64,000 bases of DNA, from positions 21,018,001 to 21,082,000 of the forward strand of contig NC_043017.1 in NCBI RefSeq assembly GCF_006345805.1, given 5' to 3'. Source of the DNA: Octopus sinensis. Taxonomy: Eukaryota. Below are positions 22,585-35,649 of this stretch, in pieces. The notes beneath the pieces were generated by a model. That model had not been told where the DNA came from. It saw only the letters and a list, made by a program, of their open reading frames with translations, and made no database searches. Position 1 is the stretch's first letter, and each line of letters starts with the position of its first letter. A program made the translations under genes and the position numbers.

Positions 22585-24265
22585 ACGAGCCCTTCTGGGT
22601 ATTAGCGCGCGTCTACGATGAGTCTACGATTTAAAAAAAAATTACCATCATATTTTTCCATTTTAATGCATTTTTTTCGCTTTTATATAAGGGAAGTAAC
22701 TCTCTAAAAATATCTACGATGTGTCAACGATTTAAAGAAAAATTTACCTTAATTTTTTTTCAATTTTTAATGCATTTTTTTGCTACTTTTTGGCTATAAC
22801 TCTCTAAAAATGCTTATATAGTTATTTCCCTTACAACCCGAGCAACGCCGGGCGATACTGCTAGTATATAATAAATGAAATGCACACATATATATATATA
22901 TATGATAAATACATTATGTATGTGTGTGTATAAAATATACATGATATATATATACATGATATATATATGTATATATATACATATATATATTTATATATAC
23001 ATACATTTATATATACATACATATATATATACATACATTTATATATACATACATATATATATACATACATATATATATACACATAAATATGTATATATAA
23101 TAAATGAAATGCACACATATATATATATATATGATAAATACATTATGTATGTGAGTGTATAAAATATACATGATATATATATATATATATATATATATGA
23201 TAGATATTGTGTATGATATATATATATATATAAAAGATTTAAGATATATAATATATACATGTGTGTATGTTTGTTTGTAAGTGCTCATGTGTAAGAGTGT
23301 TTCTCCCATATCTAGGATCGGCTGATTAAATAAATGGATCTCTGTATATACATTTGTGCAGATTTTAATAAAAGCATTATGTGAACATTTTTAGCATTTG
23401 CGAGACATTCATCATCATCATCGCCATCCATTACTATTGTTGTTTTCACATCCACTTTTCCATGCCTGCATGGATCAGATGAAATCCACTAAGGCAGATT
23501 ATTTTCCCCTTCTTTTCTAGCTGGATTCTCTTATTGTTGCCAACCCTTACCTGTTTCCAGGTAAGATAATATTTCCCTATTGCTAGACATACATGATTAG
23601 AAATGAATGACATTGCTTGTGTGATAGTAACACTCATTTGTGTCTCCTTGTTAAGAGAAGGAGACACAAATAGCCACCTCTCAACTCATGCACACACACA
23701 CATGCACACACACACACATGCACACACACACACATGCACACACACGCATGCACACACACACACATGCACACACACACATGCACATACACACACATGCATG
23801 CACACATGCACATACACACACACACGCACGCACACATGCACATACACACACATGCACACACACATGAACACACACACATGCACACACACACATAGAAAAC
23901 ATGCCAATGGTCAGAAACAAAGGGCCGCATGTGCACTTGGTTAGTGCTCATGACAGTTGAATGGATGAAATGACAAATGAACAATGTGAAGTGAAGGACT
24001 TTGCTGCTGCCCAGCCCAGGAATGAAACCCCAAACTTATGATTGTGAGGCCAACATCCTAACCACAGGACCAATACATACATACACCCATAAAAACATAC
24101 ACACACATACAAACACTCATTTAAACTGGGACTGTTGTTTATGACAATAGAACAGCCTGCTCCGGGAGATTAGTTTGCTAGTGGTTGAGCCATGCACCTG
24201 TAATCAAATTGTCCCCTCCACCAAAACTACAGGCCTTGCAACTATAGTAGAAAAGATTATCATTG

Positions 24266-24643
24266 TTATTACCTCCGTCTTAGCGAAGGTGGAGGTATTG
24301 TTTCAGTTGTGTTTGTTTGTTTGTTTGTCCATAGACAAGATATCTCAAGAACCGCTGGATGGATTTGGATGAAACTTTCAGGGATGTTTGGCCTCATGAC
24401 TGGCACGAACTGATTAGATTTTGGGATCAATCCAGTACCGGACAAGGACTCTGGATTATTTTTCCTGTTTCTTTACTGAATTTTTGAGAGAGGTCGGGTT
24501 CATTTTTAGTATTCTCATTTGTGAGAGCAGTCGAGTTTATTTCAAATATTCTCATTTTAAAAACCATCTCTGGTTAATCGTTGAGAGGACATTGGTGTTG
24601 TCTTGGCAGAGGTTTGTGCTCTCTGAATGCTCTTGCTGTTAGT
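24266..24643 (+). mobile_element. Helentron-associated non-autonomous element (HINE/DINE-1-like)
   Basis: TTATTACCTCCG..GGAGG 5' subterminal IR, (GTTT)n, GATATCTCAAGAACCGCTGGATGGATTTGGATGAAACTTT block, 3' GGCAGAGGTTTGTGCTCTCTGAATGCTC. Confidence 0.72.
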
Positions 24644-24679
24644 ATTATTATTATTATTATTATTATTCAAACTACTTAC

Positions 24680-25015
24680 CCTCATTTCTTCCACTGGAAT
24701 TCAAATTCCACCAAGGTTGACTTAGGTCAATAAAATGAGTACCAGTTGAGAACTGCAGAGTCAGGAAGCGGTAGGGGGGTATAATTAACTCATCCCCCCA
24801 CCCCTCAAATTTCAGGCCCTGTCCCTATTGTAGAAAAGATCATCATCATTGTTATTATTATAATATTACATTCTGAGTTCAAATTCCCCCAAGGTTGATT
24901 TTGCCTTTCATCCTTTCGGGCTCAATAAATTAAGTACCAGTGAAACACTGGGGTTGATGTAATCGACACATCCCCTCCCTCAAAATGGCTGCACTTGTGA
25001 CAAAATTTGAAACCA
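24680..25015 (+). mobile_element. Two family B SINEs
   Basis: Central domains near 24715 and 24897; tail runs into a long (ATT)n field. Confidence 0.8.
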
Positions 25016-25174
25016 TTATCATCATCACCATCATCGTTATTATTATTATTATTATTATTATTATCATTATTATTGTTATTATCATTATTTTTGTTTTTAT
25101 AATTATTATTATTATTATTATTATTGTTTTTATTATTATTATTATCATTATTATTGTTATTATCATTATTATTG

Positions 25175-25210
<36 letters not shown>

Positions 25211-25341
25211 TATCATTATTTTTGTTTTTATTATTATTATTATTATTGTTTTTATTATTATTATTATCATTATTATTGTTATTATCATTATTATTGTTTT
25301 TATTATTATTATCATTATTATTGTTATTATCATTATAATTG

Positions 25342-25392
<51 letters not shown>
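25015..25392. repeat. (ATT)n field with recurring TTGTTTTT interruptions
   Basis: Directly visible. Confidence 0.95.
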
Positions 25393-25397
<5 letters not shown>

Positions 25398-25898
25398 ATG
25401 CAGGGGCAGTAAAGTGCAGTGAATTATGGGTGGGATTTCTATATTCAGGAAGAAACATCAATACAGAAACTAATGTTCTTTAATAGTTTAAAGAGTGGAA
25501 TCGGAGTACCACATTGAAAGAAAATCACATTATTGGAACTAAAGTCTGGTAACAGACGCATATATTGAAATTATCGTGATTTTTTGGTGGGGGGTTGAGG
25601 AGGGAGGAGGAAGGATTTCAATATTTTTATAATTGTATGGAAGATTATGTTCTTCTACACTTCTGTTCCCTGCCGCTTCTTTTTATAATTATTCTGTAAT
25701 TATTACTGCTAATTAATATTTTTAATGATCAATTACTTAATACTAATAGATTATTGATTTCAAGATCAATGTTGAACATTGAACAGGGTTCCCACGTACT
25801 TATTTTTGCATGAAATCATTAGCTTTTCAAAGTTTCTTCCTCTCTTTCTTATCATCAGTTTGTTGTTGTCGTTGTTGCTATAATCATCATCATCATCA

Positions 25899-25945
<47 letters not shown>

Positions 25946-25956
25946 TTCGTTATTGA

Positions 25957-26185
25957 AGGCGGTAAGCTGACAGAATGGTTAGCATGCTGGGTGAAGTGCT
26001 TAGCGATATTTTGTCTGCCATTACGTTCTGAGTTCAAATAGCACTGACGTTGAATCTGCCATTCATCCTTTCAGGGTTGGGGTGGGGTGGGGTTCAGTAA
26101 AACAAGTACCAGTTGAATACTGGGGTCAGCATTATTAACTTGCTCTCTGACATTGCTGGCCTTATGCCAAAATTTGAAACCATTA
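25957..26185 (+). mobile_element. SINE family B
   Basis: GGCGGTAAGCTGACAGAA head to AAAATTTGAAACC tail. Confidence 0.85.
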
Positions 26186-26194
26186 TTATTATTA

Positions 26195-26345
26195 TTATTA
26201 TTAAAAAATTTTTTTTTCTTCTTTCAAATTTGCTTCCATTTCTTGCCGAGTGTCTTCCCGACTCCTAGGGCAAAGAAACTCATAGTATACATTGGTAGGC
26301 CATTAAACTAAACTCAATAGTTAATTCATTTTTTTTTTAAAGTTA
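26195..26345 (-). mobile_element. 3' UTR-only remnant of an R4-like element
   Basis: Reverse TTTGCCCTAGGAGTCGGGAAGACACTCGGCAAGAAATGGAAGCAAATTTGAA matches 30250-30300. Confidence 0.7.
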
Positions 26346-26439
26346 AATTAAAATACATGGGTAGTAATAGTTCTCACATCGACAATGCTCTTCTCAATAC
26401 GTGTGATGTACCAGTTATTATTATTATTATGATTATTAA

Positions 26440-26648
26440 GACGTTGAGCGGGCAGAATCGTTAGCACACTGGGCAAAATGCTTAATGGTATTTCGTCTGT
26501 TGCTCCATGCTGAGTTCAAATTCCAGCAATGTTGACTTTGACTTTCATCCTTTCAGGGTTGATGAATTAAGTACCAGTGAAACACTGGGGTTAATGTAAC
26601 TGACTAATCCCCTTCCACAAATTTCAGGCCTTGTACCTCTATTAGAAA
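26440..26648 (+). mobile_element. SINE family B
   Basis: Head, B box, central domain and tail. Confidence 0.85.
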
Positions 26649-26715
26649 GGATTATTATTATTATTATTATTATCATTATTATTATTGATATTATTATCAT
26701 TATTATTATTATTAT

Positions 26716-27234
26716 TACTCCTTCATAACACAGTGTAGGTAAAAATGCACCAGTCTTTAGCCATCTGTCAAGTCACAACAAGGACCTCAGACAGATAATA
26801 CTTTCCTTAAGATGTGTGCTGTGCCCAATAAGGCTGCTTTCTGCATTGGATTTCCAGTTACCTTTAAGAAGTCTTGAAGTTTCATTGGGATTGAACCCAA
26901 TGCTCTGATCACCACTGGTATCACTTTTTGCATTACCCTCTCTCATTCCATACAGTCTTGCCATTTCCACTTTCAATTTGGAGTACTTGGTGATTTTTCC
27001 AACCTCTTTACTCACAACATCCATGTCATTTGGTATGACTACATCAATGATCTGACAGTATTTGTCTCTCTTATTCAATATGACAATATCCGGCTGATAG
27101 TGTTCGATTACATAATCCACCTGAAAATCATAGTCCCAGTGTATTGTTACTTTTCCATCCTCCTGCATAACTTTACTTGGTACATGCTCATACCATTTCT
27201 CTGTTACTTCATATTGGTATTTACGGCATAATTC
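26716..27234 (-). mobile_element. R4/Dong-like RLE non-LTR retrotransposon 3' end
   Basis: ELCRKYQYEVTEKWYEHVPSKVMQEDGKVTIHWDYDFQVDYVIEHYQPDIVILNKRDKYCQIIDVVIPND..SKEVGKITKYSKLKVE..LLGTAHILRKVLSV*: PD-(D/E)xK nuclease; AAT arrays at both ends. Confidence 0.92.
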
Positions 27235-27267
27235 TTCTTCTTCTTCTTATTATTATTATTATTAAGC

Positions 27268-27442
27268 AAGGGAACCGGCAGAACCATTAGCACACTTGAC
27301 AAAATGCTGGTACTTAATTTATTGACCCTGAAAGGATGAAAGCAAAGCTGTCCTTGGTGGAACTTTAACTCGGAACATAAAGACGAATTAAATGCCACTG
27401 AGCATTTTGCCTGACATGCTAACAATTCTGCCAGTTTGCCAC
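27268..27442. mobile_element. Fused inverted family B SINE halves
   Basis: Plus-strand head (27268-27308) joined directly to a minus-strand copy (27309-27442). Confidence 0.7.
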
Positions 27443-27673
27443 CTTTTTACAGATGCACGCTCAGAACTGGTCTTTTCACCCTGGCTATTTTTCCAACAAA
27501 CTTGCTACAAGGAAACACTTCCTTTTCAAGTGGAACTTGAAAAAGTTGATGAGGGCTTGGCCAAAGAGGAAAGTGTCTGTCTTTAGCCCTTTCAAATGGG
27601 TCCACCATACTACCTCCTTCGCTACAGCCATAGACAAATAAAAATTGCCTGCCCCTCCTGGCCAAAAGAAGCA

Positions 27674-27708
<35 letters not shown>

Positions 27709-27714
27709 TAATAA

Positions 27715-27872
27715 GTTTGTCTCTTAGGGACAACAAGGATTATCAGGAAGGTTCTAAGCACTTGAAAGGCTACTGAAAACTTACGGATACTTAAGGTCAC
27801 AGGTAGTAACCCGGTCCCCACTTAAATCCTATCAGGAATAAGACCAAATCTGAATCAAGCCAAAAATAATAA
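27715..27872 (+). mobile_element. Extremely 5'-truncated R4-like element
   Basis: CLLGTTRIIRKVLST* then UTR; starts just after an (AAT)n array. Confidence 0.7.
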
Positions 27873-27913
27873 TTGTTAAGATTTACACTGTAAAATTATA
27901 ATAGATATTTTAA

Positions 27914-28135
27914 CCCTTTCGATACCAACCCGGCTGAACCCGCCTCTGGCTCTGTAGTACAAATATCTTGTTTTCATATGTTTTAAATTAAAATCTTCCA
28001 CCAAACCTTAGTCACAATTTATGTTCCTAACACCAGCTTAATGGTAACTAAGTTAAATTATCAAATTCTTTGTTATATTTAAAACTAATTGAAAGAAACA
28101 CAGAGCATCTCAAAATAAATATGGTAACAAAAGGG
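27914..28135. mobile_element. piggyBac-type MITE (222 bp)
   Basis: TTAA|CCCTTT...AAAGGG|TTAA; second copy at 60855-61073. Confidence 0.9.
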
Positions 28136-28438
28136 TTAAGAACCAATCAGCAGTAGAAACAATAGATCTATGGTTTGGTTCCTGTTTCTGGCCTTGTTTC
28201 TCATCCTGTTAGAAACTGGTTTCTAAATAATCAATAACCTATATTTATTTATTTGTTTATTTATATGCAACAAGGTTAAGAAGCTGAATTATCTAATTTA
28301 CTGTTATTTAGGTTAGTAGTGTGACTGATATGATCCAGTAACAAAATCAAAACAAACAGGCCAGCACAAATGTGTGTGTGTGTGTGTGTGTGTGTGTTTG
28401 AATTCAAACTGTTTTGATCCACACACACACACACGCAC

Positions 28439-28478
<40 letters not shown>

Positions 28479-29197
28479 GTATATATATATGAATATGTAT
28501 ATATTATATATATACATATATATATATATATATTATATATATATATACAAAGGGAAAGAAGAGAAAGATGCAGAAAATGAGAGATTGAAATATAATGAGA
28601 AAGAGAGAGAGAGTGAGTAGGTGGGGGTGGGGGTGAAGCCAAAAAGAAAGATCAAAAAGTGATGTATGAATAAACAAAAGAGAAGAAAAGGAAGAGTTTC
28701 TTTCATAATCGGTAAAATTCTCTGAGGAGAGAATCAAAAGGAATTAGGAAGAATTTCTCTTGTAAACAAACAAAGATTTAGCAGTGAAGAAGCTGAAAAA
28801 ATTTCAAAACAAACAAAAGTTCTGCAAGATTCCATGCAGGTTTCTGAAGGAAAAAAAAATAGCTGAATGAAGAAATGATGGGTGGGTGAAGAATAAAAGA
28901 GAATGAGATGAAGAAAAACAGAAAAAAACAAAAAAGCGAGCTTGTCTCAAAGTGTCCGTCCAGTCTAGAGTTTCCGTGTATTTATTTTTACTTTTATTTT
29001 CATTTTTGGAAAAGGTCATAGTGTTTGTTTTTTTCATTTTTGATTTTTAATTAAAATGGGAAATGAAGAGACAGTTGGGAATTACATGAAAAGAATTTAG
29101 TTGTAGAAGATGAAGGAATAACGAAGAGGTATGTGGAGTGGAGGAAGGAGAAGAACAAAAAAAAACAAAAAAAACAGAACATATATATATACATATA

Positions 29198-29586
29198 TAG
29201 GCGTAGAAGTGGCTGTGTGGTAAGTAGCTTGCTTACCAATCACATGGTTCTGGGTTCAGTCCCACTGCATGGCACCTTGGATAAATGTCTTCTACTATAG
29301 CTTCAGACCAACCAATGCCTTGTGAGTGGATTTAGTAGACGGAAACTGAAAGAATCCTGCGATATATATAAATATATATATGTGTGTGTATGTCCGTTTG
29401 TCCCCCCACTGTTACTTGACAATCAATGTGTTTACATCCCCGTAACTTAGCAGTTTGGCAAAAGAGATCAATAGAATAAGTAGTAGGTGACAAAGAATAA
29501 ATCCTGGAGTCAATTTGTTTGACTAAAGGTGGTGCTCCAGCATGGCCGCAGTCAAAACAACCGAAACAAATAAAATAATAAAAGAA
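29198..29586 (+). mobile_element. Full-length SINE family A
   Basis: Head to tail, colinear with other copies. Confidence 0.88.
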
Positions 29587-29604
29587 TATAGCTATAGTAA
29601 TAAT

Positions 29605-29820
29605 AATTCTTTCTTCCATAGGCACAAGGCCTTGAAATTTTGGCAGAAGTGGGAAAGTTGATTATATCGACCTCCAGTGTTTAACTGGTACTTATTTCAT
29701 TGATCCTGAATGTTTGAAAGGAAAAGTTGACCTCAGCTGAATTTGAACACAGAATCCCAAAATATACAAAATGCCAGCTCAGGATATTGCTTGGCATGGT
29801 AACAATTAAGCTCACCACCT
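29605..29820 (-). mobile_element. SINE family B, decayed
   Basis: Reverse central domain GAAAGGAAAAGTTGACCTCAGCTGAATTTGAAC. Confidence 0.75.
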
Positions 29821-29849
29821 CAATAATAATAATAATAATAATAATAATA

Positions 29850-30335
29850 AAGATCAGACAAAAAGGATGTGTTATTAATTGACATGAGTATTCCCTGTGA
29901 TCACAATATAGTGGCGACAGAATTTGACAAGATTAGTAAATATAAAGACCTGCTAATAGAAATTGAAAAAAATGTGGCATCTCAAGGCGACTACAGTACC
30001 AGTGATTGTAGGATCTCTAGGAATGATAAAAAAAGGTACTGAAACCTATTTGAAAATGATTCCAGGCTTACCATCCCTACAGGAAGTGCAAAAAATCGTA
30101 TTAACTGGAACGGCTCATGTACTGAGAAGAGCATTATCGCTGTGAAAACAACATCTATCCATGAATTTATTTATTTATTAATTTTTAAATACATATTTTA
30201 TTTGTGAATTTGCGTGTGTAATCTGGGAATGATATATAATGAGCTTCTCTGCCCTAGGTGTACGGAAAACACTCGGCGAGAAACGGAAGAAAATTTGAAG
30301 AAACAAGGAAAAAACATAATAATAATAATAATAAT
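29850..30335 (+). mobile_element. R4/Dong-like RLE 3' end with 3' UTR
   Basis: LLIDMSIPCDHNIVATEFDKISKYKDLLIEIEK / MWHLKATTVPVIVGSLGMIKK..LTGTAHVLRRALSL* (stop 30143-30145); (AAT)n on both sides. Confidence 0.92.
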
Positions 30336-30793
30336 AATTTTTTCTACTATAGGCACAAGACAGACAGAAGAAGAAGAAGAAGAAGAAGAACAGGAGCAGC
30401 AGCAGCAGCAGCAGATCTATAGTCAACAATATGGTGATGCGTTGTTGAAAGAGTTTAATCTTGGACTTTTACTTTCAAAGGGATGTGATATTGTATTTTC
30501 AAAAATTTGCTCTCTCAATCAACCCAACCAACTTTGTTTCCCCCCACCATCCTCTTATCCTCAACCTCATCTCCACACCTGCCCCCCCCTATTTAAATCA
30601 CATGCCTGTGGTTTGTCATATTTTTTTAGAGCTTGTTTGCAATAGTTTATATTTTTTTTTATTTTTAGCCTTCTCTCTATATTTCTGTCTATCTTACTGT
30701 CTCTCTCTTGCTCTCTTGCTCTGTAGATTCCTTCTGTCTGTCTGACTCTCCCTCTCTTTCACTTTTTATCTATTTTCCTATATATATATATAC

Positions 30794-30826
<33 letters not shown>

Positions 30827-31520
30827 GCACATATATATTATATATATATGTATATATATATATAGGAAAATAGATAAAAAGTGAAAGAGAGGGAGAGTCA
30901 GACAGACAGATATATATACATATATATATATATATACACATATATATATGTATATACATACATACATATATATATAATATATATATATATATACATACAT
31001 ACATACATACATACATACATACATACATACATACACACACACACACCACACACACACCACCACACACACACACACACACACCACACACACACACACACAC
31101 CACACACAGTGCAACCTTGGTTTATGAATTTAATTCGTTACTGAAGATTATGTGTCACCTGAGATGTTCATAAGCCAAAATAATTTTTCCCAAAGGAAAT
31201 TCAAGAGAATTGATTTATACCTCTGTGTCATTTCCTGTCACTGACCCCTGATCTGTTTTCTCCAGTAAGGGATATCTTATTCCATAAGCAAGGCAAACAG
31301 AAAGCTTTTGATAGGGGAAATCAGAACAGTGTCACTGTTCCCACAAGTGGAAATGTAAACAATACACACACATATAGATATATATGGGTTTGGTTCAGTT
31401 TCCTCCTCCTAAATCCCCTCATAAGGCTTTCATCAGCCTGTGGCTCTAGCAGAAGATATATGCATAAGATGTCATACAATAGGACATAGCATAAAAGCAT
31501 GTAGTTGAGACACAGGACTT

Positions 31521-31930
31521 CATCATCATCATCATCATCGTTTAACGTCCGTTTTCCATGCTAGCATGGGTTGGACGGTTTTGACTGAGGACTGGCAACC
31601 AGATGGCTGCACCAGGCTCCAGTCTTGATCTGGCAGAGTTTCTACAGCTGGATGCCCTTCCTAATGCCAAGCACTCCGAGAGTGTAGTGGGTGCTTTTTA
31701 CATGCCACCTGCATGAGGGCCAGTCAGGCAATGACCTCGCTCGAATCTTTATACACATGCCACTGAAACAGGTGCCAGTGAAGCGACGTTGGTAACGATC
31801 ACGCTCAAATGGTGCCCTTTTATATGCCACGGGTATGGAAGCCAGTTGGCTGCTCTGGCAACGATCACAATGATCACACTCGGATGGTGTTCTTGGCACC
31901 CTACTAGCACAGGCATAAGTGCCACTTCTG
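31521..31930 (-). mobile_element. RTE 3' UTR fragment
   Basis: (CAT)n TTTAACGTCCG..CAGCTGGATGCCCTTCC..GTAGTGGGTGCTTTTTAC. Confidence 0.85.
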
Positions 31931-32099
31931 AAACTAATTCCTTGAGCAAGACACTTTATTTCAGATTGCTCCAGTCCACTCAGCTGGCAAAAAGGAAATG
32001 CATTTGCATTTCAGAGGGTCCAGCCTTGTCACACTCTGTGTTGTGCTGGATTTCCTTGAGAGCAATGTTAAGGGTACACATGTCTGTGAAGTCCTCAGT

Positions 32100-32352
32100 T
32101 ACATCATCATCATCATTGTTTAAAGTTCGCCTACCATGCTGGTTTGGGTTGGATGGTTCAACAGGAGCTGGCCAAGCAGAAGCCTGCAACAAGACTTTTG
32201 TGCCTGTTTTGCCAGGATCTTTACAGCTGGATGCCCTTCTGAACACCAACCACTCAGCAGGGTGGAGAGAGTGCTTTTTACATAGCACAAGATCAGGCGA
32301 GGTCTGTTTGATAAAATTTTTACAGCTGGATGCCCTTCCAAATGCCAACCAC
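32100..32352 (-). mobile_element. Decayed RTE 3' UTR with duplicated CAGCTGGATGCCCTT segment
   Basis: Motif present at ~32224 and ~32322. Confidence 0.75.
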
Positions 32353-32739
32353 TAACTGGTATTCTCATTTCTTGTGTCTATGAACATTCATTTACACTTC
32401 TCATTATAGACTCTTTCACTGTCTCCTTAATTGCTATTCTTATATGTACTTAACCCACATGCATATATCCATGCCTATACACATATACACTTTGTTCTCA
32501 TGACGGCCTGTCTATTATTCTGTATACATGGCACACAGACACATATGTTAACATATCAATAAATCTTATAAACATGCAAAAAAAAAAAAAAGATTTGCCT
32601 ACTGTCTCTATGAGGCATCTATCCCAGTTTGACTGCAAAAATTTTGTGTGTGAAGCCAGCAGCTTGCAGATTGTGTTTCAATGGTTATCAGGAAATCGAC
32701 CCAACACGCACTTATAATGGTTTTGAAAATAAGCTCCTC

Positions 32740-33055
32740 AGGCCGACGAAAGCCTTGAGAGTGGATTTGATGGACAGAAACAGGAAGAAGCCCTTTGTGT
32801 GTGTGTGTGTGTGTGTGCACGTGCATGTGTGTGCACGTGCATGTGTGTGCATGTGTTTGTCTCCCACTGGTGCTTGACAATCAGTGTTGGTGCATTTATG
32901 GCTCTGTAACTTAGCGGTTTAGCAAAAGAGACTGATAGAATAAGTACCGGGCTTAAAAATAAAAAAAAAGCCCACGGCCAATTTGATTGACTAAAATTTC
33001 TTCAAGGCAATGCTCCAGGATGGCCACTGTCTAATGACTGAAACATGTAAAAGAT
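32740..33055 (+). mobile_element. SINE family A, 5'-truncated
   Basis: Body and tail recognisable. Confidence 0.8.
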
Positions 33056-33419
33056 AGCAGAAAACACATACATACATAACACGACACACACACACACCTT
33101 CATACATATATGCATACACACATACATAAAACACACACGCATATACACGCACACATTACATATGTCCTATCTGCTCTTTGTTCGTCCCTGCCTTCATCTC
33201 TCTCCTCTTCCTTTCCTCTCATGTATGACCCTACTCCAACCCTTCCCCCCTTCCGTCTCTTCTTAGTACTCAATTCCCTTTGATGGATCTTTCTCCTGAT
33301 AATAATCCTATTCATTCCTGTCTCAGAATCAATCGAGTCTTTATGTTTATTGAGTTCTCTATGCCATTCTTCATAATAAATTACCTCTTATTCCCCCCCT
33401 CTCTCTGCCTGTCAGGGCA

Positions 33420-33472
33420 TGTGCATATATGTACATATATGTGTGTGTGTATGTATCATATATATATATATA

Positions 33473-33533
<61 letters not shown>

Positions 33534-33571
33534 GTATGTGTGTGTATGTATACATACTATATATATATATA

Positions 33572-33604
<33 letters not shown>

Positions 33605-33651
33605 GTAATATATATATAACGTACATGTATATACATGTGTGTGTGTATGTA

Positions 33652-33708
<57 letters not shown>

Positions 33709-33779
33709 GTATATATATATATACGTACATGTATGTATATATATGTGTGTGTATGTATACATACATATATATATATATA

Positions 33780-33827
<48 letters not shown>

Positions 33828-33978
33828 AATATATATATACGTACATGTATGTATTATATGTGTGTGTGTATGTATACATACATATATATATATATATGTG
33901 TGTGTGTGTATATATATATATATATGTAAATATATATATAGTACGTATATATATATGTGTGTGTGTATGTATGTATAT

Positions 33979-34039
<61 letters not shown>

Positions 34040-34123
34040 CAGGCTGTGTATGTGTGTATGATATATGTACATAGCGTAAGGGTTGTGTCTATGTATTTGC
34101 ATCTGTATGTTTACATATATATA

Positions 34124-34180
<57 letters not shown>
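33420..34180. repeat. Higher-order (TA)n/(TG)n array
   Basis: Recurring ACGTACATGTAT..GTGTGTGTATGTATACATACATATATAT units. Confidence 0.95.
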
Positions 34181-34181
<1 letters not shown>

Positions 34182-34694
34182 TGTAGTGAGTGTATATGTG
34201 TGCATGTAGATTGATTGATGGATGGATGTGAGGGTATATACTTGTATAGTGTGTGTGCAGATATCATGCTTGTCTTTATGTATGTGTGTATGTATATAAG
34301 TTGGTACCTTCATGTGTGCATATATATACATATGTGTGTGTGCGTGTGTGTAGTCTGTGTGTATATTTGTACGTGTGTGTATAGTGTGTGTCTGGATGAC
34401 ATGTCTGAGTGACTGCATGTGTATATATGTCTGTATATATGTATAGACTGTACGTGTGGATGGGTACATGGGTGTATAGTGTGTGTTTGTGTGTGTGTGT
34501 GTGTGTATGCATCTTTAATTGATCACTCTTTGATTTTTAAATTTAAAAGTGAAAATCATGTTCACCAATTTACTGAGTGATTGACTGATTATTGGTTTAT
34601 TGATTTATTGAAAGTTGAATGACAAACACACACACACAGATATATATATACATATATATACATATATACACACAGACATATATATATATATATA

Positions 34695-34749
<55 letters not shown>

Positions 34750-34811
34750 GTATGTAAGTATAAAATATATATGTGCATATATATGTATATAACTGTACAT
34801 ATATAGAAAAG

Positions 34812-35130
34812 GGAAAAACCCCCTTCAGTCACAAATAACCATGGGATTGCATCGAAAAGGTTCCCCTCTGAGGCACAAGTCCAGGCAAGGTTGTTTATGG
34901 AAGACCAGCAGTCAACCATGCATTCCAGCCTCCCTTCTCCATGCCACTGATGTTATCAAAAGAAAGGCCAATATAGCTTGGCACCAGTGATGCTGCAATT
35001 CACCTCTACAGCTGAATAAACTGGAGTAATGTGAAATAAAGTGTCTTGCTCAAGAACACAATACAGCCTGGTCCAAGAATCGAACTCACTACCTCAGAAT
35101 TGTGAGTCCAATTCTCTAACCTCTGAGCCA
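34812..35130 (-). mobile_element. SINE family C
   Basis: Colinear with 13030-13375. Confidence 0.85.
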
Positions 35131-35166
35131 CCATGTGTCACAGTTGTATATATAAAAATATATACA

Positions 35167-35206
<40 letters not shown>

Positions 35207-35287
35207 AATATCAAACAGTGATAATGAGCGCTGTAAACCACATTGGTGGATAAATATTTTATATTTGTGCGTTAACAAGGCTACCGA

Positions 35288-35461
35288 TGGTTTCATGTAA
35301 AGAGGAATCTTTTTACAATTTTCAGGCCTGCCACATGAGGATGTTGGTACACATCTCCGTTTTGGATGAGAATATATGGAGTTACAAAATGAAGATGCGT
35401 ACCAGAGTTCCAATGTGGCAGCCTTGAAGATTGTAAAGAGATACCTCTTTACATGAAACCA
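35288..35461. repeat. 49 bp inverted repeat with 76 nt spacer (MITE-like)
   Basis: TGGTTTCATGTAAAGAGG..GCCTGCCACAT / ATGTGGCAGCC..CCTCTTTACATGAAACCA, about five mismatches. Confidence 0.85.
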
Positions 35462-35494
35462 GATTGTTGACTCACTAATAAAACAATGTATATT

Positions 35495-35532
<38 letters not shown>

Positions 35533-35649
35533 TGTATTGTTCCATGATGTTAAGATCAAGAAAAAATGTATTTCATCTGGTGAGAAATATTAATTATTTA
35601 ATAAATAGAATATATGTTTTTATGTGCAACTATTAGTTTCATGTGCTGA

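Larger units (their letters stand above)
21732..22864 (+). mobile_element. Putative non-autonomous Helitron carrying a piggyBac transposase remnant
   Basis: A|TC start (TCTCTTATTTATAAAGG), 3' hairpin CCCGAGCAACGCCGGG and CTAG|T end; 3' part matches 54487-54993. Confidence 0.65.

Noticed and set aside
23521-23560. Apparent 40-nt exon with strong acceptor and CAG|GTAAGA donor (LDSLIVANPYLFP)
   Set aside because: It is a decayed copy of the AGCTGGATGCCCTTCC..GCCAACC repeat motif; at most a cryptic exon.
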